Both the position numbers and the translations under genes were made by a program. A stretch of 64,000 nt of DNA from Epiperipatus broadwayi. Lineage: Eukaryota > Animalia > Onychophora. How positions within the stretch are numbered: position 1 is the first letter of the stretch; every line of letters begins with the position of its first letter. Below are positions 38,975 to 50,913 of the stretch, one piece after another. The notes under the pieces are model-generated. The model saw nothing but the letters and a program-made list of their open reading frames with translations. It did no database searches and had not been told where the DNA came from. The stretch lies in contig JAQFVV010000004.1 in the NCBI GenBank assembly GCA_028023455.1, positions 620,001-684,000 of the forward strand, in the 5' to 3' direction.

Positions 38975-39081
38975 GTCCAGCATTGGTGGTCGAGAGGTCA
39001 GAACAGCTGCCTTACAAGTAGTTGTACTGGGTTAGCGGGTTCGCTTCCTGGACGATGCTATGACACATAAGAAAAAAAAAA
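38975..39081 (+). mobile_element. tRNA-Gly-derived SINE; TSD tcatcagattt
   Basis: gtccagcattggtggtcgagaggtcagaacagctgccttacaag...gatgctatgacacataag(A)n. Confidence 0.85.
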
Positions 39082-39529
39082 TCATCAGATTTTTAAAGGA
39101 TCATTTAAATAAACTTGCAAATCATTATTTATTTATGGGCTTGCTTAAAATTTTTAGAATTTTATCTAAATTGTTATTTGAAACAATAAGAATGTTTGAT
39201 TAATATTAAAATAAAAATCACCGCTAATTAAAAGTTTCAGCCTTTTCGGCTGTCTGTGCTTGATTTACTACCATATAAAGTTGTGGAGATCTGATAAAAG
39301 TAGTTTTTTTTTATATATCTACCTAGAATAGTTAGATACTCATTTGCTAATCACTTTTGTATAATAACTATTAACTATGAGTTACTTAACTAAAAGAAAA
39401 ATGTCAAACCTATTTGTGATTTGAAAAAATGTTAGTTTGCCAAGTGCAGATTCAACCCCCAAATCATGGATGAGCATGGCCGACTAATATATTAATCACT
39501 GTAGTATGAATTCCTTTAACTTTTCTTAG

Positions 39530-39613
39530 AATATCAATGGGCTTCACATGTAACTGATAGTGGAATGACCTTTAGATATGAGAAAACAATACCAAACAGT
39601 GCCCAACATAAGA
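39530..39613 (+). CDS. Candidate exon (YQWASHVTDSGMTFRYEKTIPNSAQHK)
   Basis: aacttttcttag| and |gtactt; 84 nt open; phase-compatible with the next two exons. Confidence 0.5.
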
Positions 39614-39748
39614 GTACTTCCTGCTGCCTTATAAGATAGGATGTTGGTTTAATCAAAGGCTAGGTACTTTTTTCAATACTAATAATCTTCTATATCTCCC
39701 TCTTTTTTGCTTTTTTTTTTTATCACTTAAAGTTAGTGTAACATTCAG

Positions 39749-39797
39749 ACATTATGACCTTTCATGCCATCTATATTAATTGTGACAAAGGAATAGT
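39749..39797 (+). CDS. Candidate exon (NIMTFHAIYINCDKGIV)
   Basis: acattcag| acceptor; weak |gtgttt donor chosen for phase continuity. Confidence 0.4.
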
Positions 39798-39840
39798 GTG
39801 TTTGTGTGGCAATATTTTTATATTTTAACTATACTCACAG

Positions 39841-39913
39841 AATTTCTGACTTCAATTCCCTTTTCCACTTTTTTTATCTCAAGCCTTTGAGAATTAAGAA
39901 AGCAATGGTAGAG
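39841..39913 (+). CDS. Candidate exon (ISDFNSLFHFFYLKPLRIKKAMVE)
   Basis: atactcacag| and |gtaggt; 73 nt open. Confidence 0.5.
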
Positions 39914-40300
39914 GTAGGTTTACTAGGCTGGCAGTCCTTATCTGTGATCTTTGTTAATTGAGTACAATCACCAATGAATTAGTTTGGAATTGGATTTGAG
40001 AGAAGTTTCAGATAGCAAAGATTGTATAGTTAGGTAGCTGCATTTAGAGATCCTCTGTTTACCATGGAAACAGAAAGGACCTAGACAATTTAGTTTTAAA
40101 TAAACTGTGATACACAATATGGTTACATTGTTATGCCTGATTGTTAGAGCAATAGAAATAATATTATCATTAGTAATGATAAAGCAGGAGGCAGTTGTAT
40201 TAATAAACAGAAATATTATATATATATATATAGTAATCAATAGAGGAAGTCATATATCATGTGACATTGCTTTTATAAGCTTGTATTTACAAATATGTAA

Positions 40301-40564
40301 TATAGCGAACATACCAATAGCTCAAACAAGTTCTTATTGATAAACGTCCGAAAATTTCAGATTTTCTACTTAAATGTTACATATTAAATAAGTGCTGGGG
40401 TTTAAAAGATCTAGTCTGAATGTTCTAGCTCCTCGCTGAGATGAGCCAAAAGCTCGAAAGCAATTTGGTCTGGGGATTGGAATATTCTAGATAGAGATTT
40501 TAAATATCTTTCTCTTACCGCACTTATCAATAAGAGCTTGTTTGAGCCATTGTTATGCTCCCTA
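40301..40564. mobile_element. Hairpin element with a single hammerhead in its loop
   Basis: tatagcgaacataccaatagctcaaacaagttcttattgataa is mirrored by ttatcaataagagcttgtttgagccattgttatgctccctata; inner arms are also complementary. Confidence 0.75.
40431..40475 (+). ncRNA. Hammerhead-like motif lacking N7
   Basis: CCUCG-CUGA-GA-U-GAGC CAAAA GCUC-GAA-AGCAAUUUGGU-C^UGGGG; stem I nearly identical to family A. Confidence 0.6.
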
Positions 40565-43342
40565 TATTATTTATTTAATAATATGAAAACTTTATTTGAT
40601 AAAATCTTCCAGACCAGAACAGACAGCCCTGGTGGCTAAGGTGTTGGTAAGATTTAAGACTGATTGAACTACTCTTATTTTTAAAACATATTATGGTAAA
40701 TATTATTTTAATGATTTTGATTATTGGGTTGATCAAAAAAAAATATGCAAAAAAGTACTTCATTTTATTTTACATATAAAATCATTGTCTATATTAGAGC
40801 ATAAAATTGATTACAAATTCATTTTCAAAATTGCAATATATATGTATTGCAATTTTATATAAAATTTTGGATTCATATATATAAAATAGAGCTAATAAAA
40901 AATAAAATATGGTAAAAAAAATTACTTGGAGAGTAAGTACTTTTCTTAACTCCATATGCACATATAATATCTCATTTTCAAAGCAAATCTTTTGTATGGC
41001 ATTTATCAATATTAGCACTGTAAATGAACTGCAGAAAATAAGTAATCTCAATGCAATTAAATGTACTACTGTAATTATTGCATTCATCATTATTTAAATT
41101 TAATTAATTAATATTTAATTATTATTATTTTTTGCAGAGTACTTATTTATGATGTAGCTCTAAATTGGAGATGCTAAAGTAAATTGTATTAAGATATTGG
41201 CTGAGAATGTTAAACCACCGCCAATAATGATTTAAATGTTATTGTTTGATTGACTTTTTCTATCCTAATTATTCAATCTGTTTTCAGTGAGAGTACTTAA
41301 CATATGTATTCATATTTTTATTTATTGATTCTATTTTATTTGCTTTAATAATACTATTTTAAATAAATATAATTACATACTTTCAGGAGTTTTTTCTCAT
41401 TTATTTAATCTCTTAGACAATACAAATTACTAATTTTTAAAAAAATATTTTTAAGCCTATATTCAAACTGACTAGATTTAATTAATAAAATTCTGATTCT
41501 CAGTTATTTGGTATTATAGCAAAATTAGTGTTTTCATCCACAAATCTGAAATAATTTAGATATATAGTCATTGTTTATCTTATAACCTGATTTTAAAAAA
41601 TAATAATTCATAGAAAATAATATTGCCCTTTGATGCATAACTTTTTTTTTCTCATTTCTTCTAATTTTCTGTAAATTTATTCATGTGACAAGTTAATAAT
41701 TTTTAAAAAAATTTAACACAAATCCTTTTAATTTCTGATATTTTTAAAGTACTAATCACAACCAATGCATATATCGAATTAAAACCCTGTTTAATATAAA
41801 TAAATTACCCTTTATATTAGTAACTATTTCAGATGTTTGGAAATTATCCAACTGATTTTAAATTTTTTCTGCTCTTGACTGAAAACAATTTTCCTTGAAA
41901 TCTATATAAAACATTAAAGAAAGTTCACAAAGTACAATCTTTTCTATTATATTTTTAAAAAAGTAAATATTGGGCTTAGTACTTGTGGAAGGATTGCACT
42001 AAGAAACTCAGGTTAATGAGAAATTTTTATTGTATACCTAATAATAAAAAATAGATATTCATTTTTAGTCAGCCTGTGATTTTAAAAGATTCATGTTCAC
42101 TCATTATATTTAACTTTGATTTTTCCATGTTTGAAATGATTCATTCTATTTCAGCTGTAAATTTAAAAATTTATCTTAATATTTTGAATAAATGTTTTTA
42201 TTGCTAAAAATAAAGATACTACCTTTGTTTAAAAAAATTAACAAATTTTTGAACTTGCTTTACAATTTCTTTTTTATTAGCCATTCTAATTTATTGTTGT
42301 TTTTTTTAATTCATGTGTGATGGTTTCATGTAATCAGATTCAGACTAATCTTTTTTAAACTTTTTGCTTATTTATTTATTATCATAGTTATAATTTAAAA
42401 AAACTGATGATTATTATATGCTAAGATGTGTAAACAAAAAAAATCAGTATATTCCACCTAAAAAAAAGAATCTTATTTACTACTGTTTAATGTTTTTTGT
42501 TATTATTTCATTGCAACTTTAGAATTATCTGATTTTTTAAAATTCTTATTTAAAAATGTTTTTTCATATTGTGATGTCTGTTCTCATATATAGCTATAGA
42601 TTTTTTTATTCATTAGCTCAATGTTTCTCCACCCTTGGGAATATGTAATATATTTCCAGATAACAAGAGTACAAATATCCAAAGTTAAATATATATATTT
42701 TTGTATTATTTTTCAATTATAATTTTTGTTATGGATACCAATTTCTTGTTCATCAAGGTATTCATATATAGTAGATCCCTTCTGAATAGTGTAATAGATT
42801 AACATTAGTAAATCCTATAACATTATTTTAATTGCTATGTCTTCTTTTCAACTGTGTTTTTTTTTTGGAGGGGGGGGAGGCTCTCTTTTTTAAACCAAAA
42901 TATTACAATAATTTTTTTAATTTTTTCTTTTATTCTTGCTTCCTTGGAAAGAAGTGATGTTTTATGTTTATGATTTTAGTATCAGCAGATATTTGCTTAT
43001 ATTGGAGGAATAGATGAAGTTTGCTATTCTAGATAAAGGCAATTTGGCAAGAGTTTGGTGATTAACTTCCATATAGTAGACTTGAATCTTTCTGATTTGA
43101 TTTTTTTTTTTTCTATTTGAATAACACTAATTATTATTAACAAAACATTTTACTTTTACAGTTGATGTGTTTTCATTTAGAATAATTTGCTTGAATCTTA
43201 TGCTGTCTATCAGTTGTATAGGATGGAATGAATAGCTAAAGGGAGTTTGAAAGTCTGAGTTCAAATTTCCTCAAATGTTATATATAATAATTTGAAGTTA
43301 TGCTCCATATATTTATCTCTGCAGGGGTTATTACAATTTTTA

Positions 43343-43449
43343 TTTTTCCATATGTCAAAGCATTGGCCGGGAAGCAAACCTGCAACAACTGGCTGCAAGT
43401 AACTGCTTGCAAGACAGCTGCGCTGACCTCTCAGCTACCAACGCTTGAC
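43343..43449 (-). mobile_element. tRNA-Gly-derived SINE (anticodon TGC)
   Basis: Reverse complement gtcaagcgttggtagctgagaggtcagcgcagctgtcttgcaagcag...ttcccggccaatgctttgacatatgg; flanks tatta(c/t)aatttta. Confidence 0.8.
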
Positions 43450-43752
43450 TATTATAATTTTATTACTCCACTAAGATGTTAATGTCAAATATAAATATTA
43501 ACTTTTTTTTTAGATTTATGATAAGGGTAGAAAGGACTAAATAATTTTAAATTATTTAGATAATTAGTTAATTTTGGTAATGTAATTTTATGATAATACT
43601 AGGAAAGGTACTTTTAATTGTAAATAAAATTATTTTAAAAATAAAAATTCTAATATTAATTTTTATTATTGCTATTTTATTTTGATCACTTGATTTATAT
43701 GTTTTCATGAATTTCAGTTATTAAAAGATATCTTTTTGGGTCATCTTCCTAG

Positions 43753-43832
43753 ATTTCACCTTCATATATTAGTGATAGACAACCCAATATTGAATACCTG
43801 TTTTATGTTATGGATTGTGAAGGTCTTATGAG
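43753..43832 (+). CDS. Candidate exon (ISPSYISDRQPNIEYLFYVMDCEGLM)
   Basis: catcttcctag| and AG|gtacta; 80 nt open. Confidence 0.5.
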
Positions 43833-44582
43833 GTACTATCTTTATGCAAGTTTACAAGTAAATAATTACACTTTGCTAAGTTTTGCTTTACCATTAATTT
43901 TTTATTAGTATGAGATTGAAATGAAAAGAAAAATGGAGGCAGACACAATTGATAACACAAAGCAAATGAATATTTTATAGTGCATCTTAGCATTTATTGG
44001 TTAAAGTAAATAATGTTCAATAATACTGAAAAATGTGTTCATTATATACATGTGGTTTTTAAATATTGTGTTCTGAATTTGTTAAAATTTATGATGCAGT
44101 TCTAAATATTATTGTAATATAAATTTAAAAAGTGATAATCACTTGTATACTATTACATATCATGATAAAATTTATTGCTTGAGTATAGTGCCTTATTACC
44201 TAGTTAACTTATTTTCTTTCAAAAAAAGAGCATTTTTCTTCATTTAACTACTATTTTAACGACTAATAACTAAATAAAGGCAGAATGGTAAAGTTGTTAA
44301 ACTTTAAAAGGAATAGTGATATCCATATGTGCATATAATGTGTGTATGTGTAAAATACTATATAGATATATGCAAACATAGACATAAATATATCTTTTAG
44401 AAATTATTATATTGGTTAATTTAGGAACTGATAATAATTGTGTTTGATTGAGTTATTCTATGAAACTTTGGAACTAAATAAATTTGTCTTTTATTTTAAC
44501 TTGCTAAGCATTTGTAAAAAAATTATTATCTAGTTGTTAAATAATAATTATATAATTTAAATATTAATTAGAATATAATGAC

Positions 44583-44702
44583 ACTAGTCTGGGGATATTG
44601 AATGAGTAGGCACTAGATGGGTATTTTATGCACAACCCTTCTGGCAGCCATTGATTACTCTAGTTGGCACTGAGTGGCACTACTGTATGAAGAGTTTTGT
44701 TT
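44583..44702 (+). mobile_element. Family A solo tail starting at the hammerhead stem III / cleavage site
   Basis: actagtc^tggggatattgaatgagtaggcactagatggg...gcactactgtatgaagagttttg. Confidence 0.8.
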
Positions 44703-44819
44703 AAGGAGAAGCCACAATACATCACATCACATCTGTTTAAATATTATTATTAAACCGTTATAATTAATTTACAAATTATCATTTAATATTTAAATACAAG
44801 TATATTATATATACTTTTG

Positions 44820-45655
44820 ATCTATATGTAATTAGAGGGGATTTGAACCCAAATTTTTAAGCTACTTTTGATCAGCAACTCTATCTTATACAACCAATAT
44901 ACATGATTACATATATGCGAAAAAGATAAATGATCTCCAATATATGTATTTCATACTGAACCAGTACTCATTAGTTGGCCCAAATCATTATCTTCCACAT
45001 ACATATGTAATCAATCAGTGCTCTGTTTATATTAAGATAGCAGTTCTTCAAACTTTAATCTCCAGTTTTTGAGTTGTTCATATCATTGAAAATCTGGTGT
45101 TGGTATGTTCAAAACCCTTGTTTTCCAATTTTCTTGTCATACCCATGTTGACCGTAAGTCACTCTGACTCCTCATATGCAGGACCTTAAGCCCATTTAAA
45201 TTCACAGAAGAGGGATGGGCAGAATACAGGCTGAATATGTAATATTTAAATATAAGTATATTATATATACTATTAATCTAGATGTAATTATGAGGGATCA
45301 AATTGACTTAAGGTCAACATGGTTATGACAACAAAATTAGCAAACAAGGGCTTTGAACATGCCATCACCAGATTTTCAATGATATGAATGGCTGAAGAGT
45401 TGGAGAGTGGAGGGATTGAAGCCTGTCCATTAAAATTTGAAGAATTACTAGCTTAATATAAACTGAGCACAGATTATATATATGTGTGGGAGATGATGAT
45501 CTGGACCAACTAATAACTGCTGATTCCGCACACAATACATGTATTGGAGATCATTTTTCTTTTTTGCATGTACGTAGTCATATATATCGATTGTATAAGA
45601 TGGAGTTGATGACTAAAGGTAGCTTGAAAATCTGGCTTCAAACCCTCTAAATAAT
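44820..45655. mobile_element. Family B head-to-head palindrome (about 400-bp arms) with mutated HHRs at 44935-44980 (minus) and 45503-45549 (plus)
   Basis: Left arm is a minus-sense and right arm a plus-sense copy of the 24361-24780 element; cores read CUAAUGA and CUAAUAA; tails gggttcaaatccc / ggcttcaaaccc point outward. Confidence 0.8.
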
Positions 45656-46429
45656 TATTTATTAATAGTTGTAGCAGATTAGCAAAAATAAAATAGCCAA
45701 CTAAAAGCTCAGCCTTTCTAATATTACTCTAAAGAGAAACAATAAAGGAAAAAACAATGTTTACCAAGTTATTAAAATATCAAGTGATGAGAAGTGGCCT
45801 TTTTGTTTTATCCTCTGGCTATGAATAATCATTTTCTTAACCAATTGTAAAATAGTTGGTTTAGTTACTTGAAGAAAAAAAAATCTTAATTTTGCTTGGA
45901 ATCTGAAAAACTTCGAAATTTTTCTTTAATTCGAACCCAACCTTAATGTCATTATTTTTTTTTATCTTTTAAATATATGATTACTATAAAAGTAATAGTA
46001 GTAATAATAACAGTAAATGTATATGTGACATTATGGTGAAAATACAAAGATTTTTTATTATGTTTAAAAAAGGTTTTTTAAAAAAAAAAAAATTAAAAAA
46101 AAAAACGAAAAGAACATGATATTAATTATTCTGCTAAATTACAAAGTTTTTATGGAAGAAAAAATTAAAGTGCTAAAAAGGAAAGTTATTGTAGTTTGAT
46201 ATTCGTCAGTATTATTAAATATACTAAAAGTAAAAATAAATAAATATTAATTTGCCATTATCTTTGCATTTACAATCATCATTTATTATTTGAAGAAACA
46301 GTTCAAGTTATGATTACATTAATTTAAACTGAATTTCTTTTATGTTTTTTTTCTTCTAATTTTAAAACAGCAAACATAATTTTAATGTAATGCATTGCCA
46401 TTTTCATGCTTCATGTTTTATTAACTATC

Positions 46430-46700
46430 TAATAAGAGCACCTCTTCATTGTTTATAAGATGTTTCTCAGGAGGGTGGCTTATCAATATCCATTTGTTAG
46501 AAAAGTACTGAGAAGCTTGGCTTTGTATTAGCTATTAAGTCTATCAAGCTCTTGTGTGGCGGCTAAGCCTATTGTGCCTCGGGTTTTTCTTATGTTGCTG
46601 GTTGGTAGGCCCATCTTCACCTGTTTAATCTCATTGACTTACTAATGTAAGCTCCAGTTTCAAGAAATTATGTTACCACCAGATGGTGAAATATGAACTA
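46430..46700 (-). mobile_element. PLE RT-thumb remnant
   Basis: GC-richer patch; minus strand LLSTFLTNGY resembles the PLE F..NGYP motif. Confidence 0.4.
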
Positions 46701-46959
46701 AACTGTGTGCTCCCCCTCCCCTTTATTTTGAGATTTATCAAAAGATAATATTGTATATTTAAATAAATATGTGTGTATATATGTATGTGTGTGTATTTTT
46801 TTAATGTGTTTATGTATTATATATGAGTTAGTATAAATGTAAATATATGTTTACATAAATATTGTAATATTTTAAGCATTTTTTAAATATATAATTGAGT
46901 TGCTCTTATTTGGATCATATTGTTTCCAGTGTAGAAAAAATGTAAACAATATAATCTAT

Positions 46960-47265
46960 AGGGTATATGAGCACAGACTTTCACATGATCCACCCCTCTC
47001 CACTCTATCTCATAAAACTGATACACCCGAACACATATATGTTGAAAAGATAAATAATCACATATATGTATTTCATGCTAAACCAGCAATCATCAGTTGG
47101 TCCAGATTACCATCTCTACACATATATGCTATAAGTGCTCAGATATATATTAAGATAGCCAATCCTCATACTTTAATGGACAGGCTTCAATCTACTCCAC
47201 ATTCCAACTCTTCAACTGTCCATCCAATTGAAAATCTGATGATGGAATGCTCAAAGGCCACCCTG
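46960..47265 (-). mobile_element. Family B copy with HHR at 47058-47102 (core intact, stem I damaged)
   Basis: GACCAA-CUGAUGA-UUGCUGGUUUAGCAU-GAAA-UACAUAU-A-UGUGA; the rest aligns to 24400-24650. Confidence 0.75.
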
Positions 47266-47297
47266 AGGCCGAGATTTCTACTGAAAGGTGTATTTAT

Positions 47298-49490
47298 TTA
47301 AGAATTACTCCCTTTATTGTTAATCATTTCTAACATATATATTTTGTTACAGTTATAATAACACGTGTAAACTAGTATGGCCATTCTAACTTGAAAGAAA
47401 GAAGAGGTAGAGGAAAAACCTCTTTTAGGAATGAAATTTGCGATAGCTATATTAACCAATTTATGGAACACAAATACATCCATATATAGAACATGCTGCT
47501 CTATTTTTCTGCTTATTTGATATATGTGTCTTTTAATTTTTTCATTAGAAAGCTTTTCTTTCTGAAATATTTCAACCCTATGTCTAATTGTAGTTCTTAT
47601 ATGTATTCTGTTGTCAGACAGATCTTCCCAATTGAAGCAATCAATACTGCACTTTTTTACAATTTCATTGAGGTATTTCTTATAACAAAGATAGGGTCTA
47701 CCACTTCCATGAAAACTGTGCTCAAGTTTATCACAAAACATCCTTTAGTCTTTCATTGTTCATTCATTTTATGTGTCCAATCCAACAAAAGTGTCATTTT
47801 ATAGTAGTGGTCTCTAATATCACATCCAATATGTTAAATAAATTGATTGTTTTTATGATTCTGCCATTGTATTTTTAAAATTTATAATACATCCTTAAAT
47901 AAGTTTTCTAATGCTATTATATGGTGTCCAAATTTCATATTCATACAATAAATTAGATACAATAATAGCCCTATATATAGCTATCTTAGTGGCAGTTTTT
48001 TCTGTGATGAAATACTCTTTTAACTTGTTTAAATCAGTAGCATCAGATTGGAGTCTGTGTTGTACTTCAGCATTTTAAGTCCACCTTTCTATTAATAAAA
48101 CTATCAAGGTATTTAAACTGGTTTACATTTTCAAGTCGATAATCATCCATGCTAATAGTTGCTGAGGATTTTTCTTCCATCACTGATTGATAAAGAATTT
48201 CAATTTTTTGAACAATAATTAGTCTTTTTATTTTACAATCAAAATATTGAATGCATTGCATAAGTCATCATTTGAACTGCAAAAAGTCATACCATCATCA
48301 GTATACTATAATTCCAGAGGCCAAGAAATCTTTGTTTTTGCTTTTAATCACTTTGAACCTGTACTGTATCTTTATTCCTGTTGTTCCCTCTAAATATTTT
48401 CAAAGATTGCTGTCATAAAAATTGAAATCAATGTTGGAACAAGTAAACATTCTTGTTCCTTGTTTAATACTAATCTTCATTTTAAATGCCTCACATTTTC
48501 CACTTGTAGTAATAATGCTTATTCTCATTCTATCATATAGAAATTGTAATACTTGAATAAAATTTGGTGGACAACTAACTGATTTCAAACAATGTGCTAG
48601 ACTTATTTTACTAATTGAATTAAATGTCTTGATCAAATCAATAAAAGCAATATGTGAACCATTCTTTTGTTCCTGACACATTTCTCACATTTGCCTGGTA
48701 ACAAATTGTCTAAAACCATTCATCTACAGCTGGAAACAACCTATTCAACAAAATATTGAAAATACTTTTTTTTTGTAATAGATAATAATGATGTTCCATG
48801 ATAATTATAACAATCTTGTCTATTTTTCTTGTTTTCCCTAAGATCAGGGGGCACAACTTCATTGGTCCATACCTAAAACATTCCACTATTTTTGAAACGA
48901 ATATATTACTATCATGTTTTAAAACTTCCCCAGATATTTCATCAATACCTGCAGCGTTTCCATTTGTAAGATTACAAAGAGCTGTTTTGACTTCATTAAG
49001 CTGAATATTGTTGACCAAATCTTAATGAGAAAATAAAATGGGTATGATTAAAAATCATCATCTCAATTTTTGTATCAGATATTCAAAAAGTGATTAAAAT
49101 ATTCCTTCCACCTTTTTAGAATATTGTCATTTCTGGATTTAATAGGATTATGGTACTGTGTCATGTCCATTTATTGCTTTCATTGCATCAAAAGAAGATC
49201 AGTGAATGTCAGTATGTTCTTTACAGTTTTAATCCACTAATCATTTTTAAGCTTTGTCAGTTACAGAACTTTTACCTTCAGATCTTTTATTTTTATTATA
49301 AAGTTGCCCACTTAATCAATTATTCTGACAAACAGAAAATGCCACATATTTCTTTTAATCAAATTACTATTAATAAAATCATTGTCAGAAAATTGATCAT
49401 AATTTTTTTTTTAGTGAAACCAAGAATACATTTATTTATATTCATAACATATTACTTAAAAGAATTCCATGCTTCAGTAATGTGATAGTC
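47298..49490 (-). mobile_element. Degenerate RTE LINE (second family), RT to C-terminus
   Basis: EVKTALCNLTNGNAAGIDEISGEVLKH, IAFIDLIKTFNSI, KQG, YTDDG (about 48287-48303), LENVNQFKYLDSFI, GRPYLCYKKYL...NWEDLSDNR. Confidence 0.88.
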
Positions 49491-49629
49491 ATGAAGATCC
49501 CTTAAAATGTTAGTGTTTTATTAGCTGTTGAAATTTAGTATATACTTATGTCTTCTAGGATACATTATTAGCAACTGAAATGTCAATGAAGTGAAACAAT
49601 TGAAGATGTTATTATTCAGCATAATATAG

Positions 49630-49735
49630 TTTTTCTTTTTTCCACATGTCATAGCGTCAGTCAGAAGGCGAACCCGCAGCAACTGTCTGCAACCAACTGC
49701 TCCCTTGCAAGGCAGCTCGGTTAACAACGCTTGAC
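49630..49735 (-). mobile_element. tRNA-Gly-derived SINE (anticodon TGC); TSD gcataat(a/t)tagtt
   Basis: Reverse complement gtcaagcgttg...gagctgccttgcaag...cgggttcgccttctgactgacgctatgacatgtgg(A)n. Confidence 0.8.
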
Positions 49736-50791
49736 AGCATAATTTAGTTGTCTGGTGAAAACACGAATTCACAAAAAATAAAATAATGATCAATTTTTAT
49801 TATTGAACAATTTTATAAAATTGTTTTAAATTTTTTTGAGGCTTCATATAAATTACACATATAATTAAATTTTAGGGAATTATTTAATTGACAATGTTAT
49901 TTACAAGTACAGTTTTTATTAGTAATTTTTAATCAGATGTTAATCCCCCATCTACACATGTGCTATTTAATCATATTACTGGCTTTACAATATTATATAG
50001 AGTATAGAGGAATATTTTGTGCTTTGGTTTGAGTTTCCTGCATAGTCTATATAACATCATAGTGCTAGTAATATGATTCAGCAGCACATGTGTAAACAGC
50101 TGATATGATTAAAAATAATTATTATATGTAAATATATGTAATTCTAGATAAATGATTAGTCTTTATTAACTTTTTAACTGATTCATTATTATACTAGTTT
50201 CTGGACTAAAAAAATGTATTTTTTTAAACTTATTTTTATTATATATTTATTCAAATGTGAAAAACCGCTTAAAATTTTTTGAAATATTTTATTAATTTAA
50301 CAATCTTGAAAATAAATATGCATTTGTACTATAGTTAATGAAATGTTGAGATTAAAAATGGGAGGAGGAGGAGGGGACAATTAAAGTTAAATTCTGGTCT
50401 TTATTTACATTTGTACAATGTCATTACTTATAATACATAAAGATTATATAAAGAAGAATGTATCCTATACTATAATTTATAAACCCAATTTGGAAGATCT
50501 ATATACAGTACACAATACATTGTTGAATTACATATAAAAAAATAATTTAGTGCAAAAAAATGAAACCAAAATCATTGTAATCATCAGTTTACATTTTGTT
50601 AAAAAAGGGAAAAATAAAGACAATGGCAAAATTATTTGGAAGTTTTACCTTTTTGAAAAAAATTATATTAATATTTTTAATGAATAACTTTAGATAAATA
50701 AAACCATAAAACAGGCAAACTTGCCTGTCTGACTTTATTCATTTGCAGATAATAAATATTTGAATGACTTTATTACTCTGTAGGTCATAAG

Positions 50792-50913
50792 AAATAAAAC
50801 TACCAGAAGTACCAGTACTGGAATCATTGGATGACTTTATACACCAGAGTATAACGTTCTATCGCTGTACTAAACCATCCAGAACTGTAGCATATAATGA
50901 AAGAAGGCATTAT
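50792..50913 (+). CDS. Candidate exon (IKLPEVPVLESLDDFIHQSITFYRCTKPSRTVAYNERRHY)
   Basis: 122 nt open with coding-like composition; donor |gtaact; the acceptor (taag|) is weak. Confidence 0.4.

Noticed and set aside
40420-40470. HDV-like ribozyme (CTCCTCGCTG resembles the HDV L3/P3 region)
   Set aside because: No P1 partner, no GG for P1.1, and no J4/2 or P2; a hammerhead-like fold explains the segment better
46900-47301. 133-aa ORF (and the related 24545-24781 ORF) as a novel protein
   Set aside because: It is the antisense reading of the family B element; the similarity between the two ORFs simply reflects repeat copies
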